From a bacterium (GTDB lineage: Bacteria > Patescibacteriota > Dojkabacteria > SC72), in contig JALHDC010000002.1 in assembly GCA_022840695.1 (NCBI GenBank), positions 25,753 through 89,752 of the forward strand: a stretch of 64,000 nucleotides of DNA. Direction: 5' to 3'. Positions within the stretch are counted from its first letter, which is position 1; each line of letters begins with the position of its first letter. Below are positions 57,649-64,000 of the stretch, piece after piece. The notes beneath the pieces were generated by a model, which ran no database searches, had not been told where the DNA came from, and saw only the letters and a program-made list of their open reading frames with translations. A program made the position numbers and the translations under genes.

Positions 57649-58761
57649 ATGAAAATCTCTTTAAAGAATATATTAATACTTCTTTTGCTTTTAATTCCAT
57701 TAAATACTGCTATAGCCCAAACAAAATCTACAGCAGAAATCCTTGGGGAGGAAAATACAAATACTACTGAAGAATTAGATTTGAAAGAAGCTGCTAGGGA
57801 GGCTGATTTTCTTAATCAGCTCCTATTGGATATTCCTGTATTAACTGATAATCCAAGTCACATAATCACCTTTGTGGATCCTTCTGAAGACAAATCAGGA
57901 GTACAAATGGAGATTGATGGAAAAAGCTTTCAAGATATTCTAAGCCCTTACTCCCTACCAGCTTTAAGTATAGGTAAGCATGAATTAAGATTTAAGTTTG
58001 TTGATAAATATGGAGCGACACAAATACTAGAGAAGGATATCATTATCATTCCAAGACCTCCAATAATAAATTCCCCTACATTCCAAGAAGAATCGTTGCA
58101 AATATCTGGCACAGGTTTGTCAAATTCAGAGATTATAATAATCATCGCCTCAAGTAAGGATATATTAACCTTGGAGGATAATATTGATGGAGAAGGAAAT
58201 TGGAGTTTCAATATAAATAAAGAAAATCTGACAGAAGGAGTATATACATTTTCTGGATATACAAGAAGACATGGCTATGCAAGTAATCTTTCAGAACCCA
58301 TAACATTTGAAGTAGGAGATTCTCAAACAGTAGTCACAAAAGAGAATGGGAATGAAATATATTTTAAATTTAAGGACATTTCTTTCTCAAATTTAAATGA
58401 AATAGTTTCAAAAAATGTTGATCTGATAATTCTCATCATCTCTACATTTACCTTGGGGTTCGTTCTATCTGCTATCCTCTTTTCTATATTTAGAAATAAT
58501 TCTGATGGGAAGAATATAAAGATTTTAGAGAAGAAAATAAAAGAGAATGGAAAGCAGAATAAAGAAATAACATTGAAAGAGAAGTTATCACAAACAGAAG
58601 CAATTGCAAAAGATAATAAAATAAAAGAGAAGAAAGAAGAGAAGAAAGAGGAAAAGATAGTAACAAAAATAGATTTCTTAAAAGACTTCAAAATGTTTGA
58701 TCCAGATAATGAGAAAGGACAAGAGGAAAAGATCAAAGTAACCCTAACTTCAAAAGATTAA
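57649..58761 (+). CDS. exported membrane-anchored protein with Ig-like domain
   Basis: Signal peptide, ISGTG...GNWSF, C-terminal TM and Lys/Glu tail. Confidence 0.7.
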   Translation: MKISLKNILILLLLLIPLNTAIAQTKSTAEILGEENTNTTEELDLKEAAREADFLNQLLLDIPVLTDNPSHIITFVDPSEDKSGVQMEIDGKSFQDILSPYSLPALSIGKHELRFKFVDKYGATQILEKDIIIIPRPPIINSPTFQEESLQISGTGLSNSEIIIIIASSKDILTLEDNIDGEGNWSFNINKENLTEGVYTFSGYTRRHGYASNLSEPITFEVGDSQTVVTKENGNEIYFKFKDISFSNLNEIVSKNVDLIILIISTFTLGFVLSAILFSIFRNNSDGKNIKILEKKIKENGKQNKEITLKEKLSQTEAIAKDNKIKEKKEEKKEEKIVTKIDFLKDFKMFDPDNEKGQEEKIKVTLTSKD

Positions 58762-58784
58762 TACATGATAGAATATGCATGAAT

Positions 58785-58868
58785 GCCAAGATGGTGAAAT
58801 CGGCAGACACGCTATGTTCAGAACGTAGTCCTAGAAATAGGGTGGGGGTTCAACTCCCCCTCTTGGCA
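58785..58868 (+). tRNA. tRNA-Leu(CAG)
   Basis: GCCAAGA/TCTTGGC acceptor, loop TTCAGAA, long variable arm; CCA not encoded. Confidence 0.92.
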
Positions 58869-58871
58869 CTT

Positions 58872-60653
58872 CTATTCAAAATACCAATCTTGGATACTCT
58901 TAAACCTTTCGTATGAGTAGTTTATATTCTCTAAATCTATACCTTTAATATTATCTTTCACAAAATAATAGAAAGTCGGATTGTATAAAAAGACAACAGG
59001 AGAATCTGCCATTATATACTTCTGAACTAAATCATACTTCTCTTTACGAACATTCCTCTGTGATATTTTTCTAGCATCCTCTAGAAGTATATCTACTCTC
59101 TCATAAGAGTACCCAGATATATTTAAATCAGGATAATTGCTCTTCAAAGAGTGCCACAAATTATACTGATCAGGATCTACAGTAGTCTCAACTTCATATA
59201 GTAATATATCAAAATCCCTAGTTGCAATTATTTCTTGTGTTATCTGATTGTAATTTAATTTCTCTCCTTTCAAAACCACTCCTTCTTTCTTTAATAATTC
59301 CTTCAATACGGAGAACAATCTTTCATTAGTAATGCTATCAAAATAGCTAATGGTAAAAGAAAGGATTTCTTCCTGATCGTTTTCAAAATAACCACTTTCC
59401 TCATTCTTGGTAAATCCTAGATTTTTAAATATCTCAGCTGCCTTAGCTGGATCATATGCATAATAGTCAATATTAGAGTTAAAAGCCCAGGAATCCTCTG
59501 GGAATGGACCTTTTCTAACAATACCTTGAATACCTGACTGCTCTACTAAACCTTCTTTATCTATTAAATAGTTAAAGGCCAAACGAATTTCTTTTCCTTT
59601 ATATGTATCTCTTCTTGTATTAAAAAATAGTAATTTGGTTCTGTAATTCTCAATCTTGCTAAAACTATTTAAGTTACTATACTCCTGAGTAAATTTTAAC
59701 AATTCATAATCCCAACCACCTACTGCATCTAAAACCCCAATCCTAAACGACATCTCCATACTTTGTTTATCAGGGAATACCTTAAATACAATATTTTGTA
59801 TATCACATTCACTTTCATCGTATTTATTATCTTCCAAAAAGACCGTATTTTGCTCTGTTCTTGTAACCATATATCTCCCAGTACCAACGGGATATCTAGA
59901 AAACATATCAAAAGCCATCTGACTTAAATCAACACTCTCTAATCTAGACTTAGGAACTATGAAGAGAGAGACTGCTTCAAAGAAAGTAGGGTTGGGTTCT
60001 GATAGTTTAAATACAACTTCCTTTCCATTTTTACTAATATCAACACCTATCAAAGAAATACCGACTGAATCAAAACCAAATTCCTCTGAAAGAGCCTTTG
60101 CAGTATTAAAGGTAAATAAAATATCATCAGCTGTAAGAGGAGTTCCATCATGCCAAAATACATCCTCTTTTATCTGAAATCTATACTCTAATCTATCATC
60201 AGAAACACTCCAACTCTCCGCTATTCCTGGTAGAGGTTCCCCATCTTTATTGATATAAACAAATCGATCAAAAACAAGTTCCTGTACTGCTTTATCTACA
60301 TAATTAACTGATATAAATAAAGGATTGAAAGTAGAGATAGCACCCACAGAACCCTCTGTAAAAGTATTTTCGGATCCAGAACCCTCTAAAATCCTAGCCA
60401 CAACCTTAGAATCCAGAACAAAAGAAATTGCAATACCAACAATACCAAATAACACAATATAACTTAGTGGAATTAAATTCTTAAATAATTTGGAAATATA
60501 TATGGGATAATCCCACAAAACATCTCTGAAATCTCTTTTCTTTAATTTCTTACCATTAGCATCTCTCCTTTTTTTTATATCAATAGATCCCAACGCCTCT
60601 TTCATCGTAGACTTGGTGTCAGAAGAAGATTCTTTTACTATTTTCTTTCCCAT
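58872..60653 (-). CDS. peptide ABC transporter substrate-binding protein (family 5)
   Basis: FNPL, WHDGTPLTADDILFT, PVGTGRY. Confidence 0.9.
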   Translation of the reverse strand: MGKKIVKESSSDTKSTMKEALGSIDIKKRRDANGKKLKKRDFRDVLWDYPIYISKLFKNLIPLSYIVLFGIVGIAISFVLDSKVVARILEGSGSENTFTEGSVGAISTFNPLFISVNYVDKAVQELVFDRFVYINKDGEPLPGIAESWSVSDDRLEYRFQIKEDVFWHDGTPLTADDILFTFNTAKALSEEFGFDSVGISLIGVDISKNGKEVVFKLSEPNPTFFEAVSLFIVPKSRLESVDLSQMAFDMFSRYPVGTGRYMVTRTEQNTVFLEDNKYDESECDIQNIVFKVFPDKQSMEMSFRIGVLDAVGGWDYELLKFTQEYSNLNSFSKIENYRTKLLFFNTRRDTYKGKEIRLAFNYLIDKEGLVEQSGIQGIVRKGPFPEDSWAFNSNIDYYAYDPAKAAEIFKNLGFTKNEESGYFENDQEEILSFTISYFDSITNERLFSVLKELLKKEGVVLKGEKLNYNQITQEIIATRDFDILLYEVETTVDPDQYNLWHSLKSNYPDLNISGYSYERVDILLEDARKISQRNVRKEKYDLVQKYIMADSPVVFLYNPTFYYFVKDNIKGIDLENINYSYERFKSIQDWYFE

Positions 60654-60671
60654 ACTAAATCCATACTTATA

Positions 60672-60899
60672 TTACGAGTATTTCAATATCGCTAAAGAAA
60701 GAAATACTAAAACCACTATTAAAAATATTGTGAAATAATACAAAAACTTCTCCAAACCTCTCTTAGTTCGAAAGACCTCACCACCCCCTCCAAACATCTT
60801 CCCAAGACCCTCAGCCCTATTCTGTAACAAAATTGCTCCTATTAATATCCCACAAACAATAATTTGTGAAATTAAAAGAGTTTTAGATATGTTGTCCAT
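60672..60899 (-). CDS. secG: preprotein translocase subunit SecG
   Basis: ILLQ...GLG.MFGG...RTKRGLEK. Confidence 0.9.
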   Translation of the reverse strand: MDNISKTLLISQIIVCGILIGAILLQNRAEGLGKMFGGGGEVFRTKRGLEKFLYYFTIFLIVVLVFLSLAILKYS

Positions 60900-60928
60900 A
60901 AAAGCTATTATACACTATTTAAATGAAA

Positions 60929-61339
60929 TTAATCACCATCTAACTCTCTGTAGATAGTACAGAAGAATGAACAAGCAACAGCAGATATTACAATAGAAAG
61001 AAGTGGAACAACCTCAAAACTCTTTATCTGAATACTTCCTAATTCCAATCCCTTAAAAACAAATTCATTAACATAAAAATCAACCATAAATATCTTCAAA
61101 ACATACAAAATTCCAGTTAAAAGTATAGCAGACATAAGAAAAAAGGTTGGAAATTTACATTTAACAGTTAAGAAACTAAGAAGAGGACATGCCATCAGAA
61201 CAGTTAAACTTAATACAAAAATTGTAAGTATCAAATATGTAATATTATCATCAGGAAGTTGAATTCCCTCTTTAAACAAGCTTAAAATGAAATATAAGAT
61301 AAGCGAGTAAACCAGAAACAATTTTATACCTTTTTTCAT
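60929..61339 (-). CDS. 4-TM membrane protein (holin-4/YvlD-like)
   Basis: Hydrophobic, PLLSFLT..P pattern; upstream of secG. Confidence 0.55.
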   Translation of the reverse strand: MKKGIKLFLVYSLILYFILSLFKEGIQLPDDNITYLILTIFVLSLTVLMACPLLSFLTVKCKFPTFFLMSAILLTGILYVLKIFMVDFYVNEFVFKGLELGSIQIKSFEVVPLLSIVISAVACSFFCTIYRELDGD

Positions 61340-61457
61340 TGCCTAATATAACATATCACAACTACTGTTCATAGTCCTGTAATATGAATTATACAAGATG
61401 ATTATGTTCATTAATAATATTTTTTCTGCTATACTTTCGATATCAAAATCTGCCCAT

Positions 61458-62870
61458 ATGCAAAATATATCTAAAACAAAAATCATAGCAACAATAGGTC
61501 CATCTTCATGGGATAAAGATATTCTAAAAGAAATGTACAAAGCAGGTATGCAATTGGCTAGAATAAATGCCTCCTTTGCTGATTCAGAAGAAATTCAAAG
61601 AGTATCAAAAGAGGTAAGAACACTTTCTCCTAGAGTATCACTCATTCTTGATCTACAAGGAACAAAAATACGAGTAGTTAATCTAAATACAGATATTAAA
61701 TTAGATCAAAATGTTATCATTTCATCAGCAAATAGTTCAGAACACCAAGATCCCAAAATCAGCATCTCATACCCAGACCTTCATAAACATATTGTGAATG
61801 GTTCAAAAATATTCTTAGACGATGGAACCATTGAATTGGAAGTGACGAAGATTGATGGAACAGATATTTATTGCAAAGTAATCCAATCGGGCATATTAAA
61901 ACCCAACAAAACTGTAAACATACCACATCTAAATTTACATTTCCCAACTCTAACAGAAAAGGATAAAACAGACATTAGCTATGCAATAGAAAATGATTTT
62001 GATTTCATATGCCTTTCCTTTGTAAGGAATTCAACCGATGTTAACACAGTACGAGAAATATTAGGAGATTCTTCAATAAAAATAATATCAAAAATAGAAA
62101 ATCAAGAAGGAATAGACAATTTTGATTCAATCCTGGAAGTATCAGATGCAATTATGATAGCCAGAGGAGATTTAGGAGTAGAAACTCCATTAGAAAACAT
62201 ACCAATACTGCAAAAACAAATGATTTACAAATGCAGAGCTAAAGGAAAACCAGTAATAGTAGCAACACAAATGTTAGAATCTATGAGAGAAAACAAACAA
62301 CCAACCCGAGCAGAAGTATCCGATGTAGCAAACTCTGTTATGGATGGTACTGACTCCGTAATGCTTTCTGCAGAAACCTCTACAGGAAAATATCCAGTAT
62401 TAGCTATAAAAACAATGAATAAAATTGCATACACCGCAGAACAGTATATGCAAATGACCCCAATATACGGAAGAACAACAGCATCAGAAGAAGTAGACGA
62501 AATATCAAAAAATGTATGTCTACTTTCCCAAAGTATCCCACTCAAAGGAATCTGTGTACTATCAGATAATGTACAAACAATCGGTAGTATAAGTCGACAT
62601 AGACCTAATATCCCTATATGGTCAATCAATTCATCTTTAGAGAGAATTCGTAAGGATTCCCTATATAGGGGAGTAAAAACCTTTTATATAAATGATCTTC
62701 CTTCAGACAGAGATGAAAGCATCCTAAAAGCAATTCAAACTATCTATACCCACGGGGAGTTGGATTTAACCGACAAAATTGCTATTATTAGCGGTAGCTC
62801 AATAAAACATAAGAGTAGTGACCTAATTCTTGAAATAGTCACTGTTAAAGATGTTTTAAATCACCAATAA
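61458..62870 (+). CDS. pyk: pyruvate kinase
   Basis: TKIIATIGP, KIEN, ARGDLGVE, ATQMLESM, MLSAET. Confidence 0.97.
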   Translation: MQNISKTKIIATIGPSSWDKDILKEMYKAGMQLARINASFADSEEIQRVSKEVRTLSPRVSLILDLQGTKIRVVNLNTDIKLDQNVIISSANSSEHQDPKISISYPDLHKHIVNGSKIFLDDGTIELEVTKIDGTDIYCKVIQSGILKPNKTVNIPHLNLHFPTLTEKDKTDISYAIENDFDFICLSFVRNSTDVNTVREILGDSSIKIISKIENQEGIDNFDSILEVSDAIMIARGDLGVETPLENIPILQKQMIYKCRAKGKPVIVATQMLESMRENKQPTRAEVSDVANSVMDGTDSVMLSAETSTGKYPVLAIKTMNKIAYTAEQYMQMTPIYGRTTASEEVDEISKNVCLLSQSIPLKGICVLSDNVQTIGSISRHRPNIPIWSINSSLERIRKDSLYRGVKTFYINDLPSDRDESILKAIQTIYTHGELDLTDKIAIISGSSIKHKSSDLILEIVTVKDVLNHQ

Positions 62871-62872
62871 AT

Positions 62873-62948
62873 GGTGACGTAGCCAAGTTGGTTAAGGCCG
62901 CGGTCTGCAAAACCGCTATCACGGGTTCGAATCCCGTCGTCACCTCCA
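62873..62948 (+). tRNA. tRNA-Cys(GCA)
   Basis: GCGGT-CTGCAAA-ACCGC anticodon arm, GTTCGAATC, CCA end. Confidence 0.96.
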
Positions 62949-63079
62949 AATCCCTCTACCTTTAGTTTATTAAATAATCTCTACCTATCAATGACTACAG
63001 CCATTATATGAACGAAATTTAATATACTATCGGTACGATTGAAAATAAACAACATTTAGATTAAAATAGCACAATATTA

Positions 63080-63163
63080 GCCGGGATGGCGGAATAGGCA
63101 GACGCGCGGGACTTAAAATCCCGTTCTAGCAATAGAGTGAGGGTTCGATTCCCTCTTCCGGCA
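63080..63163 (+). tRNA. tRNA-Leu(TAA)
   Basis: CGGGA-CTTAAAA-TCCCG, long variable arm, GTTCGATTC. Confidence 0.95.
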
Positions 63164-63171
63164 GGATATAA

Positions 63172-63393
63172 TTACTCAGCATCCTCAAATTTGTCTGGAT
63201 CTTGATTACCACACTTAGGACAAACCTTCAATCTAGTAACTCCTTCATACAAATACCCACAGACTAAGCATTTCCACCTTAACCATCTACTATCCAAATC
63301 TTCAGGAGCAACACTATTTACATCAAACCCATTATCTTCAGGAGTAGCAGAATCCACAGGCATTTGTTCATTCTTTTTCAATATATCGTCCAT
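63172..63393 (-). CDS. rubredoxin-like metal-binding protein
   Basis: WKCLVCGYLYEG...CPKCG. Confidence 0.8.
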   Translation of the reverse strand: MDDILKKNEQMPVDSATPEDNGFDVNSVAPEDLDSRWLRWKCLVCGYLYEGVTRLKVCPKCGNQDPDKFEDAE

Positions 63394-63988
63394 CTCTTAA
63401 TCTTTTTAAAATTAAGTTAACTGTTTCCTCTTCATTAAGCTTAGAGGAATCAATCACAATATCATTGTACACATTTGGCTTACTATAATCCACTCCATAC
63501 AGTTTCTTATATCTCATATTATCCATCTCCCATCTTTTTCTTAAATCCCTTCTAATTTTGAAATATCTAAAAAATCTTTTAAAGAAACTTTTAATATCCT
63601 CATTCTCTAAATGTCGTAAAGCCCTTCTGTGTAATGATGCATTAATCCAAATCTTAGCAGTACATGGAATATTTTTTATACTAGCAATAGCAGAAAATAT
63701 TTTAGATTCTATAAGTAAATTATTTTCATTATTTACCATATCTATCAATCCTCGATCCACTTCCATATCTATTTTCATTAACTCATCTTCATTACTTTTC
63801 TTAAAGAAACTTTCAAAATCCTCATAACCCCTTTGTTCTACAGCCTTTCTAAAAAGAGATCCGGCATAAACTCTCTTTAGATTAAAATGACTTGCTAACA
63901 TTTCTGATATGGTCGAAGCACCGGAACCACCAGGACCACCGACAACAATCAAAAATCTTTTTCTCTTATCCATTCGCTTACCTTCCAT
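63368..63988 (-). CDS. cmk: cytidylate kinase (archaeal-type family)
   Basis: GGPGGSGASTI, YAGSLFR, RYKKLYGVD, DIVIDS. Confidence 0.8.
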   Translation of the reverse strand: MEGKRMDKRKRFLIVVGGPGGSGASTISEMLASHFNLKRVYAGSLFRKAVEQRGYEDFESFFKKSNEDELMKIDMEVDRGLIDMVNNENNLLIESKIFSAIASIKNIPCTAKIWINASLHRRALRHLENEDIKSFFKRFFRYFKIRRDLRKRWEMDNMRYKKLYGVDYSKPNVYNDIVIDSSKLNEEETVNLILKRLRDGRYIEKE

Positions 63989-64000
63989 ATGTTAATATAG

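Noticed and set aside
58785-58868. TCA in the anticodon loop suggesting tRNA-Sec or an opal suppressor
   Set aside because: The 7-nt loop TTCAGAA centres on CAG, and the 7-bp acceptor stem and A discriminator fit tRNA-Leu.
60929-61339. Prophage suggested by a holin-like gene
   Set aside because: It is flanked by secG and pyk with no phage structural, lysis or integrase genes.
666-63827. Many 60-200 aa antisense ORFs in the track (e.g. 9255-9731, 19556-20179, 29588-30193, 34717-35187)
   Set aside because: They are shadows fully overlapping well-supported genes on the opposite strand and have no motifs.
1-64000. CRISPR array, rRNA, IS elements, or recoded TGA (code 4/25)
   Set aside because: No regularly spaced repeats, rRNA signatures or transposases seen; known genes are full length under code 11.

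Overview
AT-rich bacterial chromosome segment that reads cleanly with genetic code 11. Gene content, the secG/OppA-like/holin-like cluster and promoters placed a few nt before the ATG suggest a CPR/Patescibacteria-like organism (inference only). From left to right it holds: a variant glmS ribozyme followed by glmS; a ~10.9 kb integrase-less defence island inserted in the 3' end of tRNA-His (14-bp direct repeat) carrying a type I R-M operon with an OLD-like ABC-ATPase/TOPRIM gene and an Abi_C gene embedded, a GmrSD-PLD-like fusion, a very acidic micro-protein, and an ORF that would be rejoined across the att site on excision; a heliorhodopsin; hisS preceded by a His-His leader peptide and attenuator-like hairpins; an NMT1-type ABC transporter-UPRT-TudS(DUF523) operon with a terminator inside its first gene; purAB; a chimeric surface-protein/Prs ORF; murB; a CsoR copper operon running into iscS-iscU-mnmA; a PspC/LiaF-like cluster; queH; a convergent two-component pair flanked by identical tandem repeats; def, pyk, cmk; and four tRNAs (His, Leu-CAG, Cys, Leu-TAA). 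No CRISPR array, rRNA or transposase was seen. All calls come from reading motifs by eye; no database searches were run.
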